Source: a virus (lineage: Duplodnaviria; Caudoviricetes). From it: 64,000 nucleotides of DNA. Of the stretch, positions 38,651-47,673 are shown one piece after another. The first letter of the stretch is position 1. Each line of letters opens with the position of its first letter. The notes below the pieces were generated by a model. That model worked only from the letters and a program-made list of their open reading frames with translations, was not told where the DNA came from and ran no database searches. The stretch covers positions 224,001 through 288,000 of IMG/VR virus record IMGVR_UViG_642918906_000001. One strand, written 5' to 3'. A program made the translations under genes and the position numbers.

Positions 38651-39264
38651 CCGATCAAGATCTGTTTGAAGAAATTCTGCGCATTATTAGCCATCCTAAT
38701 GTAGACGCGTCTAGCTTCAAAGGGCACCCACATGAAACAGCTGTTTTCGCCATGGGTGCTTTTTCTGCCGATCCCTACTATGATGGGAGTTCACCCATTA
38801 AATCGTGGAGTCGTGTACTACAACTTGGTAGGTTGATGCAATTATTCTACGATGCACCAGCGCCAGTCTCAATCGCTATGGCCTTGTGCACAATCGAAAG
38901 GTCTAAATATTGGCCAGGTGATTCACATAACAATGTGCTCGAGGGCTTCAAGCATGTAATGTCCGATTACGCTTATCGCATCGTGGTTAATGCTATGAGC
39001 GGCATTGAATCAAATACTACGCGGACATACCACATGCTAAACCATATCCTTCAACTGGGTTTGTTGTATAGAGTCCTAAGTTCGGGAAACCAGTCGGTTG
39101 ATCTGGAGTCAGTTCAGTATTCGCTCGGACGTGCCAACATTGGTTTGCAAAGCAGTGTTGCTGAAAGTGATGATGCCCACCCGATGGCACGGGCAATGCT
39201 TGAACGTATCATCGAAGAGGTACAACGACTTATCCAACCAAAGGTACGGAGTGATGCTGCGTAA
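38647..39264 (+). CDS. Hypothetical protein
   Basis: ATGA coupling. Confidence 0.8.
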   Translation: MTDQDLFEEILRIISHPNVDASSFKGHPHETAVFAMGAFSADPYYDGSSPIKSWSRVLQLGRLMQLFYDAPAPVSIAMALCTIERSKYWPGDSHNNVLEGFKHVMSDYAYRIVVNAMSGIESNTTRTYHMLNHILQLGLLYRVLSSGNQSVDLESVQYSLGRANIGLQSSVAESDDAHPMARAMLERIIEEVQRLIQPKVRSDAA

Positions 39265-39595
39265 AACAATAACTGTACTCGGTTTCTTGACGTTAATTAG
39301 CTGTACGCCAAGTTATGCCAAAGCTGATGTGACACCCCTTACAGCAGAACACTGCAAGACAGTTAAGGTCATGGCTCGCCAGATCTTGATCGCCATGCAG
39401 CAAGGGGCAACACAGTATCAAGTCATGCAAGACCTTAACCATCGCTCAATGATGGATTTCGGAAAGGGTGGGGAGATAGTCAAGCTTTATCTGCAAGTGA
39501 ATACATCGGCCTTTGCGCGGAATATCAAGAAGGGGTTCCGTGTAGGTCAGATCTTGCAGATTGTGGACAAGGATTGTAATACACAAGTCGAATAA
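39254..39595 (+). CDS. Putative exported protein (paralog of 27069-27437)
   Basis: Signal peptide MLRKTITVLGFLTLISCTPSYAKA; HCKTVKVMAR...MQQG and C-terminal DKDC. Confidence 0.75.
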   Translation: MLRKTITVLGFLTLISCTPSYAKADVTPLTAEHCKTVKVMARQILIAMQQGATQYQVMQDLNHRSMMDFGKGGEIVKLYLQVNTSAFARNIKKGFRVGQILQIVDKDCNTQVE

Positions 39596-39598
39596 TAA

Positions 39599-39627
39599 CC
39601 CTCCCCTAAGGGAGGGCTTTATTCCGT
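39599..39627 (+). terminator. Rho-independent terminator
   Basis: CCCTCCC-CTAA-GGGAGGG, TTTATTCCG. Confidence 0.85.
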
Positions 39628-39638
39628 TAACACATTTT

Positions 39639-39665
39639 ATTTGAGATTTATATTACTAAAGTGTA
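39639..39665 (+). promoter_or_regulatory. Early-type promoter
   Basis: GAGATTTATATTACTAAAGTGTA; TATATTAC at 39649-39656; resembles 6041-6067. Confidence 0.8.
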
Positions 39666-39683
39666 ATAATTCAAAGGTGATCC

Positions 39684-40121
39684 ATGGAACATACAAGATT
39701 AGTCGTGGAGGGCCGATGGGTAAATCGAGGTTGCGTCGGGTTACCGAAATGGCAGCTGATGGTTCATCCCGTCGTCATTAAGTCTCAAATCAATAAAGGT
39801 TATGCCGGATGTATCGTACTAGGTGATATGGATTTACCTGACCTACCTATAGTAGACTCTCAATCACCAAAGACAATTGATCTCACCCTGCACAACTTTG
39901 GGCAGTATAGTTGTAACGAAGGTTTTGAATGGCAGCTGTTGTTGACAACACCAGTACCGTTCATTAAAGACACAGCCTTCGAAGCACAACGTAAAAACGG
40001 TTATGTGTTTCTAGAAGACATTAAACCAAAAGATACTGAGGACGATCTCGATATGTGGATCTTTGAATCACTCAGTAGTTTGACCGGACCACGTACCATC
40101 TCATTCACAAAGGAAAGCTAA
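39684..40121 (+). CDS. Hypothetical protein
   Basis: AAGG RBS; first gene after early promoter. Confidence 0.8.
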   Translation: MEHTRLVVEGRWVNRGCVGLPKWQLMVHPVVIKSQINKGYAGCIVLGDMDLPDLPIVDSQSPKTIDLTLHNFGQYSCNEGFEWQLLLTTPVPFIKDTAFEAQRKNGYVFLEDIKPKDTEDDLDMWIFESLSSLTGPRTISFTKES

Positions 40122-40122
40122 C

Positions 40123-40479
40123 ATGACTATCTATTTCGAAGGTGACGGCAAATCCCGTCCAGTAACTATCTCCGAGTGCCGCGATCAATTCATCAGTACT
40201 TTGAAAGACGTACGTGATGAGATTCTGAACGATCCCACCTTGGAATCTTACGAGGATACTCCACAACGCGACCGTGTGATCGCTGACCGTGTGATCGGCG
40301 GCGTTCTGGGTGTGTTGGACGGTAACAGTGATACATTCCCAGCGGTAAACCTCATCACCTATATCGCTGACGGTGAAGTCGAAGAAGCCAAAGCCGCAGG
40401 TGCCAACTATCTCGACCACTCTGAGTTCGCCGACTTTGGTCAGGGTCTACAAGAGTATTGGAATCAGGTATCTAACTAA
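40123..40479 (+). CDS. Acidic protein, YWxxVSN family
   Basis: VIGGVLGVLDG; ends LQEYWNQVSN. Confidence 0.82.
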   Translation: MTIYFEGDGKSRPVTISECRDQFISTLKDVRDEILNDPTLESYEDTPQRDRVIADRVIGGVLGVLDGNSDTFPAVNLITYIADGEVEEAKAAGANYLDHSEFADFGQGLQEYWNQVSN

Positions 40480-40751
40480 TGGCCAGCCTAGAAGACGACG
40501 TTGTATCCCATATCGCCTGGAACCTTTATGGGATTCGCAATACCCTGATCAACGATGAACTCCATAAGCTGACACCAGTGCAATTAGTAGACGCCGCTAT
40601 TAGTCGTACTACAGCAGCTATTCAAGATAGTTTCGAGTTGAAAGCTAAGGGTGCATGTGAATCGAATGGCGACCCTCATTACTGTGTCGACATCTCGACC
40701 TATTATTGGGGTATTGTCAATGACCCTAATGTGGTGATGCATGAGAGCTGA
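40479..40751 (+). CDS. Acidic protein, YWxxVN family
   Basis: TAATG coupling; ISTYYWGIVND. Confidence 0.78.
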   Translation: MASLEDDVVSHIAWNLYGIRNTLINDELHKLTPVQLVDAAISRTTAAIQDSFELKAKGACESNGDPHYCVDISTYYWGIVNDPNVVMHES

Positions 40752-40965
40752 ATGGTGGGTGACTGAACGTAACAATCTACAGCTTTCAATCTCTTACCAA
40801 CAACCCAATGAAACCAGTTCCGGTACATCGGGCTGTAGTAGTGGATGGTGGTTACCTATAGAAGGTGGGATTGAAGCAACTGCCGAACGCATTCTGGCTA
40901 TCGTAAAGAAAGACTGGAATTGGCGTGAAGTTAAAGATCTCGATTCGTGGAAGAAACTTTTATGA
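40741..40965 (+). CDS. Trp-rich hypothetical protein
   Basis: Fits gene chain. Confidence 0.7.
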   Translation: MRAEWWVTERNNLQLSISYQQPNETSSGTSGCSSGWWLPIEGGIEATAERILAIVKKDWNWREVKDLDSWKKLL

Positions 40966-41333
40966 AAACTGCAATTGTTCCAAATGACCCAGGCCTTACC
41001 CGTCTGATGGAAGTGAACGCTGAGCTCTCAGTGGCACTTGAACAATACGAGAATCATTTCCGTGGTGAGGTGGTCCGACACCAGTTTGATGCCGTGTCCA
41101 GTTCACTGAAGGCCATTACTGATCGCTTGCCCAATCTCAGTGATCAAGAACTACGTATCATTGAGGCTGGTGTCGCTGATGCCGTTCATAACGCCAGTGA
41201 ATATACCGTAGAAATGATCGGGCTACACGAGCGTACTCTTGGACTGACTTCCGAAACGGCTCCTGCCGAAATCGCTAAATCGGCCAATACCATTTTCGGC
41301 CAACGAATCGCTAAATATTGGGACGATGTATAA
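40962..41333 (+). CDS. Helical acidic protein ending YWDDV
   Basis: ATGA coupling; ends IAKYWDDV. Confidence 0.8.
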   Translation: MKTAIVPNDPGLTRLMEVNAELSVALEQYENHFRGEVVRHQFDAVSSSLKAITDRLPNLSDQELRIIEAGVADAVHNASEYTVEMIGLHERTLGLTSETAPAEIAKSANTIFGQRIAKYWDDV

Positions 41334-41932
41334 TGTCAGAAAAAGGATATATCGTCGCCGTCACACCTTACGTTAAGCAGAGTCAGAAATATATGAAGAA
41401 GCCAGAAATGACTTACGAGTTTATTAGCCATACTGATCGTAAGCGCTATATCCAATTTGCTCACCAAGCATGGCTACTGGGTTTGCATGAAGATGGTTAT
41501 CTGCAAAGCCATCTCCGTACGATTTGGAATTGGGGCGATAACTACTTTAGCCAAAACTACACAATCGACTATGATTTCGTAGTAGTACGTGCTGACGGCG
41601 CGATCGTGGGTATCATCCTTCACGAACATCGTAACTCGACTATTGACACTTACGTGATCCCTAGTTGGCGCCGACGTGGTGTCGCTAGCGGTATGGTTAA
41701 TGCACTGCGTGGATTCGTTGGCGATAGTAAAGTGCTATGTGGCTGGCGCGGTAAGACAGGTCAAGGTTGGGAACGTTACTATGAACGTAACTTCATTCTC
41801 TATATGGACCAACCCGTCCCACGCGAGATTCTCGATAAGCACTTGACTAAATCTGACGCAGAAACCGCTTTCTTCAAATCCCTTAAACTGAAAATGTCTG
41901 CCGCTTATCGGAAACATAAATCAGGTAAATAA
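41333..41932 (+). CDS. GNAT-family acetyltransferase
   Basis: Motif A YVIPSWRRRGVASGMV. Confidence 0.85.
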   Translation: MSEKGYIVAVTPYVKQSQKYMKKPEMTYEFISHTDRKRYIQFAHQAWLLGLHEDGYLQSHLRTIWNWGDNYFSQNYTIDYDFVVVRADGAIVGIILHEHRNSTIDTYVIPSWRRRGVASGMVNALRGFVGDSKVLCGWRGKTGQGWERYYERNFILYMDQPVPREILDKHLTKSDAETAFFKSLKLKMSAAYRKHKSGK

Positions 41933-41933
41933 C

Positions 41934-42479
41934 ATGATTAACGTGACGCACGTAAAACGCTCTGACCATGACCACTTCATTCGCGTAAACCAAACATTGT
42001 TGAAAGGGCGCTACTTCGAACCAAGTGGCCTGCTAAAATTCAGATTAGCTCACACCATCGCCGGTGAAGGATGGGCATATGGCGAAGACTTTGATTTGTT
42101 CCTAGCCTACGCAGAAGGTCGATTAGCAGGCTACTGTGTTTACCTACCTAAAACTAATGGCGTTGAGTTTTACGTGGTGCCACGTTACAGACGACAAGGT
42201 GTAGCATCCGCTTTGGTAAAAGCTGTGCGTAAGCTCACTGGCTATACAGTACTATGCGCTAAGCCTGGATTTCAGGGCAGTGAAGAGTTCTTTAGACAGG
42301 CCCATATCTTTGTAGAAAACGATGATCGCGTTTATGCCACCTTGCGTGAACTAGGTGGTGATAATTACGCCTTGCTTCCACCCGATGAGTTCGTTAAACT
42401 CTATCACCGCGCAAACGCAACTCTTAAAATGCAACTACACCACGCTTTGAGAAAACAAAATGCAACTGCACTGGGCTGA
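41934..42479 (+). CDS. GNAT-family acetyltransferase (tandem paralog)
   Basis: Motif A YVVPRYRRQGVASALV. Confidence 0.85.
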   Translation: MINVTHVKRSDHDHFIRVNQTLLKGRYFEPSGLLKFRLAHTIAGEGWAYGEDFDLFLAYAEGRLAGYCVYLPKTNGVEFYVVPRYRRQGVASALVKAVRKLTGYTVLCAKPGFQGSEEFFRQAHIFVENDDRVYATLRELGGDNYALLPPDEFVKLYHRANATLKMQLHHALRKQNATALG

Positions 42480-42690
42480 ACTATTTATACTGGGTATGTG
42501 GACTTTAGCGGGAGGCTTTACATTCATCGGTGAGTTATTTAAAATACCGGTGATGCAATGTCAAAGCCTTTTTGGAGTTACCTCACGATGGGGTAAGTTC
42601 AGTATCGGTTTAGCTTTACTGGCATTCGTAATAATGCGAACCACTCAATGGCTGACGTCTGAAAACCCAACAATCAACTGGCAGATGTAA
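42460..42690 (+). CDS. Small membrane protein (2 TM)
   Basis: Two hydrophobic stretches. Confidence 0.7.
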   Translation: MQLHWAELFILGMWTLAGGFTFIGELFKIPVMQCQSLFGVTSRWGKFSIGLALLAFVIMRTTQWLTSENPTINWQM

Positions 42691-42717
42691 TAATTCTTTA
42701 ACTTAGAGGATTCACAA

Positions 42718-42996
42718 ATGAGCGTAGACAATTTCATTGGTGCAGTAAAAGTAAAACGTGACGAAGCTGTAGAACACTTCCTGTCGGAAGACTTCCACCA
42801 GGCTATGGCGAATGGCGTAGAAGAACCTGAAGCCGTAGTACGTAAAGGTATTGATCAACTAGTTGGCGGTATTCTGGATGTCATCTCTGAGCAGTATGAA
42901 GATATCGTAACTGCCGAAGATTCTGAAGGTGAGTCGGTTAGCGTAACCGTCGCAAGTGACCTCTCAACTCTGTACTTTGAAGAGGTATCGAACTAA
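42718..42996 (+). CDS. Acidic protein, YFxxVSN family
   Basis: GAGG RBS; LVGGILDVI; ends LSTLYFEEVSN. Confidence 0.82.
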   Translation: MSVDNFIGAVKVKRDEAVEHFLSEDFHQAMANGVEEPEAVVRKGIDQLVGGILDVISEQYEDIVTAEDSEGESVSVTVASDLSTLYFEEVSN

Positions 42997-43310
42997 TGTC
43001 TGAAGCTAATGCAGTGGAACAAGAAGAAACATACGCAACTGGTACTCAGGTTGTATTGGCTGAATTGAATAAACTCCCTGAAAAGATTCTGGGTTACGCT
43101 ATTCTGGACAATGCTGCTCCAGATGTAAAACTCATTCAGGAAGCCATACGTCGAACGCTGGGTATCGTTGAAACCCATATGGATCTTAGCTATCCAGATT
43201 CTGACCTCGTACCACAAGGCGAAGGTCCTGACGTTCAACTGACTAAGGTTGAAGTTCATGTGCCAGTAACTGACCTCGCTACCAAGTACTGGGATATGGT
43301 GAACGGCTAA
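42996..43310 (+). CDS. Acidic protein, YWxxVNG family
   Basis: TAATG coupling; ends LATKYWDMVNG. Confidence 0.82.
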   Translation: MSEANAVEQEETYATGTQVVLAELNKLPEKILGYAILDNAAPDVKLIQEAIRRTLGIVETHMDLSYPDSDLVPQGEGPDVQLTKVEVHVPVTDLATKYWDMVNG

Positions 43311-43786
43311 TGACTACTGAACGTAAGCCAGCCCCGGAGATCACAGATCCATGGCTGCGTGAACATGCAGCCTCGATTAGTGAAGGGGCTCAAATGCTAT
43401 TCGATCAAAGGGCTCTGAGTGCCGCTGCACAAGGTGCTAAGTCCATGATCAATAGTTGGGTAGGTGAAGCCATCCAAACAGCTGTATCGGCCGCTCTGAC
43501 AATGGAACGACCTAAACCTGATCCCGAGGCTAAAGCGATTCTCGACGGTTCGGTATGTGCGATCACTATTGGTCAATGCGAAGAACTGTTGTTGCAGATT
43601 GATGACGATAAAGCCCGCGCTGCCGTTCACTCAACGGTAGAGCATGTATTGGAAGTCATCAATGACCAGTTCTATCTGACCCCGAAAGTGCAGGCTAGTG
43701 TCGACGGTACCCTGACAACTCGTCCCGCTCCAGTAGACTCGATAGATGCTAATCTGGCATTGCTCTGGGAAGCAGTTTCTAACTAA
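43310..43786 (+). CDS. Acidic protein, LWxxVSN family
   Basis: TAATG coupling; ends LALLWEAVSN. Confidence 0.82.
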   Translation: MTTERKPAPEITDPWLREHAASISEGAQMLFDQRALSAAAQGAKSMINSWVGEAIQTAVSAALTMERPKPDPEAKAILDGSVCAITIGQCEELLLQIDDDKARAAVHSTVEHVLEVINDQFYLTPKVQASVDGTLTTRPAPVDSIDANLALLWEAVSN

Positions 43787-43807
43787 GTTCTTAATAAAGG
43801 TATAGTC

Positions 43808-44164
43808 ATGCAAACTCGTAAATACAAAATCGGTCAATACGTTTCCGCGACAACTCAACTGATCAATGATAAGACTGGTGAAGTCTATTTGAATCCGGGT
43901 GAGTTGGCCCGCATCATGGTTATCGATCCGGCGTTGCATGAAGGTCGCCCATACGGACTGCGTAAAGAAGGTAATGCTGAACTCGGTATTCAGGCTGAGC
44001 ATATTACCAAGAACTACTTTGCCGAAGACCAATTGTGTGCAAGTCCACAACACCCAGCTAAGGCGGATATCTGGACTGAAAAGCCAGAGCAGTACTTCAG
44101 TCATCCATCGCATCCGCGTCACAATGAACTGAAGGCTCAGGGCTTCCGCTACACCCCACAGTAA
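43808..44164 (+). CDS. Hypothetical protein, SH3-like beta-barrel pattern
   Basis: YKIGQYV...PGELARI; AAGG RBS. Confidence 0.75.
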   Translation: MQTRKYKIGQYVSATTQLINDKTGEVYLNPGELARIMVIDPALHEGRPYGLRKEGNAELGIQAEHITKNYFAEDQLCASPQHPAKADIWTEKPEQYFSHPSHPRHNELKAQGFRYTPQ

Positions 44165-44176
44165 GTTGAGGTTGTC

Positions 44177-44377
44177 ATGGCTGAGCCTACGTCGGTAAAG
44201 AATGTTTATGCTGCCCAAGATAGACCCACACACGGACAAAGAGTCATATACTACTTCGAGCCGTTTGAGCAGTGGTATGTCGGAGTCTATGATGCCGATA
44301 AAGATTCTGTTTTTGGTAAATCAGGTTTCACCAGTTGGTTACCAGAAGTAACTAAATGGATGGACGGAGTTAATTAA
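44177..44377 (+). CDS. Small hypothetical protein
   Basis: GAGG RBS; ends EVTKWM. Confidence 0.75.
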   Translation: MAEPTSVKNVYAAQDRPTHGQRVIYYFEPFEQWYVGVYDADKDSVFGKSGFTSWLPEVTKWMDGVN

Positions 44378-44439
44378 ATGCCCATTTACGTACAGGTACA
44401 TCCGCGAACTTTAAAGTAAACCTGCGGAGGTAATGTACC

Positions 44440-44610
44440 ATGTCCAAATCGCGTCGCACTTGCTATTTCATCAACACGAAAGAATTCTGGTCCCCACGAC
44501 CTTACCGTTTCTTCTGTTCCAATAAGGAGAACAAAGTACTCTGTCACAAAGCAGAACGTCGGGTGGTTAAGAAAGACATCATCGGTTGGGAATTGCAACA
44601 GTTGTATTAA
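44440..44610 (+). CDS. Small basic protein (56 aa)
   Basis: GGAGG RBS; MSKSRRTCYFINTKEFWSPRPY...HKAERR. Confidence 0.68.
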   Translation: MSKSRRTCYFINTKEFWSPRPYRFFCSNKENKVLCHKAERRVVKKDIIGWELQQLY

Positions 44611-44619
44611 AGTAATATC

Positions 44620-44648
44620 GCCCTCCTTCTGGAGGGCTTCTATTCTTA
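44620..44648 (+). terminator. Rho-independent terminator
   Basis: GCCCTCC-TTCT-GGAGGGC-TTCTATT. Confidence 0.8.
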
Positions 44649-44661
44649 TAAGAGGCTTAAG

Positions 44662-45144
44662 ATGGATTGGAGAGTATACGCATCACTGGGACTCGTATTT
44701 CTTATTCTGTACATGCTGGTAGTGCCACCTAAAGCCGCACGTGAGAAACTCGTAGTGCAAGCTAAGCGTAAAAAGCGTAACGCAGAGAATGGTATCGTAG
44801 AGCCAAAGACCTATACCAGTATTAAGATCACAGGTATCACAGCTCGTCGGGGTGATTCAACCGTATACCTTACTGCACTCGGTGGCAATGATACGATCAC
44901 CTTTGAGGGTATCGCTAAGGGTAACTATTCAGAGACGGCTTATGTTCTGATTGACGGTCAAGGTCAAATGAAACAACATCCAACCGAGGTATTGGTACAG
45001 AATGAATACCGTAAAGGTGACTGGGGTATTCTGGCTGTAACGATGTCACCAGGTAACGTAACTCAACGCAGTATCGTACCTGGAGTAATCCATGAATCCA
45101 ACGCATTTAAGATCGAACTTAGTATGCATGTTAATCCTAAATAG
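44662..45144 (+). CDS. Membrane-anchored hypothetical protein
   Basis: GAGG RBS; N-terminal TM then basic patch. Confidence 0.8.
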   Translation: MDWRVYASLGLVFLILYMLVVPPKAAREKLVVQAKRKKRNAENGIVEPKTYTSIKITGITARRGDSTVYLTALGGNDTITFEGIAKGNYSETAYVLIDGQGQMKQHPTEVLVQNEYRKGDWGILAVTMSPGNVTQRSIVPGVIHESNAFKIELSMHVNPK

Positions 45145-45189
45145 TATAGGTTTGCAATTTCGCAATCCGTTCTAGAAAGGATTAAACTA

Positions 45190-45543
45190 ATGGCTATTCC
45201 AAGTTTGGCCGACATCAAGGCCACAGTAAGTGCCGCTGAGATCGCTCCGTATGAAGCAGATATCACAGCACATCTGGAAACAGCGGGTACTGTTGAGTAT
45301 CTGGAAACTGCTCCGGCTGCAATGATTGTTCGTACCTACCCTGGTAAAGTAATTACCCCTCAAGGTATTGAAGCATTGAAAGCTGCTCTGACTGCTGCCG
45401 GTTGGCTTACCCCTACCGTAGTTAACGGTCACGAGATCCCTGCTAGTGGTATTGGTGTTAACACCCAGCAACCACGTCCACAGGTAACCGTAACATTTAA
45501 GCCGCCAGCGGCTACCCCACCAGAACCAGATACCGGTGGTTGA
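45190..45543 (+). CDS. Hypothetical protein (paralog of 9509-9877)
   Basis: MAIPSL...LTAAGW. Confidence 0.82.
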   Translation: MAIPSLADIKATVSAAEIAPYEADITAHLETAGTVEYLETAPAAMIVRTYPGKVITPQGIEALKAALTAAGWLTPTVVNGHEIPASGIGVNTQQPRPQVTVTFKPPAATPPEPDTGG

Positions 45544-45552
45544 TTTTAAATG

Positions 45553-45627
45553 GTCCTACCTTCGGGTAGGACTTTATACCGTCATAAAGCCAGTCCTTCG
45601 GGACTGGCAATTATGCTTTTCTTTTTT
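45553..45627. terminator. Tandem terminators between convergent genes
   Basis: GTCCTACC-TTCG-GGTAGGAC-TTTATACCG and GCCAGTCC-TTCG-GGACTGGC. Confidence 0.88.
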
Positions 45628-45859
45628 ACAGATCTTTGAACCCTTTAGGACCAGCAAGTGTAGAAGTGGTCGTGTAGGTTTCTTTAGACGGTTTAGCCTT
45701 AGACTTCTCTACATGCTCAGGTAGTTTCTTTTTACTACCCTTGTCTTTCTCATTAAACTCTTTTGCAACTTTAGGATCGATTCCTACTTTCTTAGCGAAC
45801 TTAGGATCATGGCTAGCTGCGGCCATCAGCCGCTTTTGCGCTTCAGATTTTGATGGCAT
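45626..45859 (-). CDS. Small Lys-rich phage protein (MPSKSEAQKRLMAAA.HDPKFAKKVGI type)
   Basis: GGAG RBS on minus strand; motif recurrent in phages; TATG about 30 nt upstream. Confidence 0.8.
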   Translation of the reverse strand: MPSKSEAQKRLMAAASHDPKFAKKVGIDPKVAKEFNEKDKGSKKKLPEHVEKSKAKPSKETYTTTSTLAGPKGFKDL

Positions 45860-45895
45860 GATTATGCTCCAAGTGAGTTGGTGGTACATAGGATA

Positions 45896-45925
45896 TATTA
45901 GAAGCCTTTTAAAGAGTATATTACA
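45896..45925 (+). promoter_or_regulatory. phiKZ-type early promoter, copy 2
   Basis: Identical 30-mer to 3502-3531. Confidence 0.85.
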
Positions 45926-45960
45926 ATAGTGAATTAAATACTTTCCCTAGGAGTAATACC

Positions 45961-46272
45961 ATGCGTAGCTCGGATGAGTTCAAACATTTTCACCGCCTCA
46001 TTCACGCTGTAGATGTATTGGATGCAATCAAAAACGAAGTCATGGTCTGGGTCGACGAACACGGGCGGTTCCAGGTTGATTTCAGTATCCTCGGTAAGCC
46101 AGCTAGGGCTCGGATGCGTCTGGAAGAATGCGATGAGTGCAGTATTGACCTGTATGATGAACTGGGTCAGATCGACGGCAAACTGATTGTTGATTGCGAC
46201 ACGGCCGAGGAGTACACTAAGCTCGCGGAACGTATGATCAGTTACCTGCATCTCCCACGCGATACCTTTTAA
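45961..46272 (+). CDS. Acidic hypothetical protein
   Basis: AGGAG RBS. Confidence 0.8.
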   Translation: MRSSDEFKHFHRLIHAVDVLDAIKNEVMVWVDEHGRFQVDFSILGKPARARMRLEECDECSIDLYDELGQIDGKLIVDCDTAEEYTKLAERMISYLHLPRDTF

Positions 46273-46287
46273 CCCAAGGAACTTCTG

Positions 46288-46638
46288 ATGTTCAATATCG
46301 AAAACCGTGAGCAGGTCACAGATTCAGTTATTGCAGATGTATTGGAATACGCGCTGGTGGTCGGAGCGTACGACCCACTTATGGGACGTAAGTTCATGTG
46401 TAGTGCACTGTCTCAGCTTTGGTGTGACAACGTGATTAGCAGTACTGTTAGACTCGCCTGTGTGAAAGTTGTTCTTTCCGCCATCCAAGGCGATATCACC
46501 GTTGCCACATACCTGTTAAAAAACAATATGATTGACTATAACACTTTTGCATGTAAGGTTAGTCGTCATATGGAAACCTGCCGTCACTACTGGCGACTGA
46601 TTCGTAAACTACGGGGTCAACCGGCCTTGGAGATCTAA
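46288..46638 (+). CDS. Hypothetical protein (FMC.AL motif)
   Basis: AAGGA RBS. Confidence 0.78.
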   Translation: MFNIENREQVTDSVIADVLEYALVVGAYDPLMGRKFMCSALSQLWCDNVISSTVRLACVKVVLSAIQGDITVATYLLKNNMIDYNTFACKVSRHMETCRHYWRLIRKLRGQPALEI

Positions 46639-46639
46639 C

Positions 46640-46978
46640 ATGTTAGAAGTCTATAATGCGTGGCTGGCGCTCCCATGGGGCGCCAAGCTTTTGTGTACCG
46701 CCCCAATCATTGCGTTACCATTGATCTACTGTACTCACCCCAAACGAATGGGGATGGCGTGGTCACATGCTTGGACTCAACAAATCAACAAGGAGATATC
46801 CGCTACCCGCAAGCAGCATAAAGGAGCAGTACGTAAAGCGGAAATGGTTGAAACGTTTTATCGGGTAAAAGCAAAGCTTGCATTGGAAACAGGGGAGTTT
46901 GACTGCTACCCTGATATGACACCGGAACAACGCTACGTCTGGAATTATTTCCTAGAGCGTATACGCCCCCAACTTTAA
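46640..46978 (+). CDS. Hypothetical protein with N-terminal TM
   Basis: GGAG RBS. Confidence 0.75.
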   Translation: MLEVYNAWLALPWGAKLLCTAPIIALPLIYCTHPKRMGMAWSHAWTQQINKEISATRKQHKGAVRKAEMVETFYRVKAKLALETGEFDCYPDMTPEQRYVWNYFLERIRPQL

Positions 46979-46988
46979 GGAACTGTCG

Positions 46989-47201
46989 ATGCGTCGTGAA
47001 ATCCGCGTCAACCCATACAAGTTCAATTATGGTGATGGTAAAGGTTCTCTGACCATCCTCATGGATATCGCAAAGGAAGTGGAGTGTGATGTCGACTATG
47101 GTAGTTGGAATAGTTGCGTTACCTACATGCCCGAAGATGATGTCCAGTTCAACAAAGTTACTGAGTTGTTGGACGCATTCGAATTCGAATACCGTAGTTG
47201 A
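46989..47201 (+). CDS. Small hypothetical protein
   Basis: AAGGA RBS. Confidence 0.72.
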   Translation: MRREIRVNPYKFNYGDGKGSLTILMDIAKEVECDVDYGSWNSCVTYMPEDDVQFNKVTELLDAFEFEYRS

Positions 47202-47206
47202 TGTAA

Positions 47207-47243
47207 TAGAAGCCTTTTAAACGCTATATTACATTTGTGAATT
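47207..47243 (+). promoter_or_regulatory. phiKZ-type early promoter, copy 3
   Basis: TAGAAGCCTTTTAAACGCTATATTACATTTGTGAATT. Confidence 0.85.
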
Positions 47244-47268
47244 CAATATTAACCCAAGGAGCATTACC

Positions 47269-47379
47269 ATGGAAATTAAAGATGTTGTTAAACAAATTGA
47301 TACAGTCGTAGCCATCGGCGTTGGCGCCATCGCTACACTGGTTGTACTCACCGCAATCGTTCTTCCAAGCAAGCGCTAA
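47269..47379 (+). CDS. Small single-TM protein (36 aa)
   Basis: AAGGAG RBS; MEIKDVVKQIDTVVAIGVGAIATLVVLTAIVLPSKR. Confidence 0.72.
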   Translation: MEIKDVVKQIDTVVAIGVGAIATLVVLTAIVLPSKR

Positions 47380-47387
47380 GGTCCCCC

Positions 47388-47630
47388 ATGCAACTGACTA
47401 ACACTGTAACGGCTTGGACCAACCAGCTTCATCATGCATTGGGTAACAAGATCGAGGAAATGATTGTAGCTGATCTCCCATCGTTCGAAGCAGATGAAGA
47501 ACTCCGCGGTTTCTTCGATCAGACCTACCTGGATCTGTACCAGCACGAAGCTTGCCCTAAGGTGCGAGCCGAAGTGATTGCTGTGATCCAAGTGCATGAC
47601 CATAAGCTCTGCCGGATTCAAATGCATTAA
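47388..47630 (+). CDS. Hypothetical protein
   Basis: Fits gene chain. Confidence 0.72.
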   Translation: MQLTNTVTAWTNQLHHALGNKIEEMIVADLPSFEADEELRGFFDQTYLDLYQHEACPKVRAEVIAVIQVHDHKLCRIQMH

Positions 47631-47673
47631 AAATTGGACTCTGGTCCATCAACTTAAAGACTGGAGTATCCAA

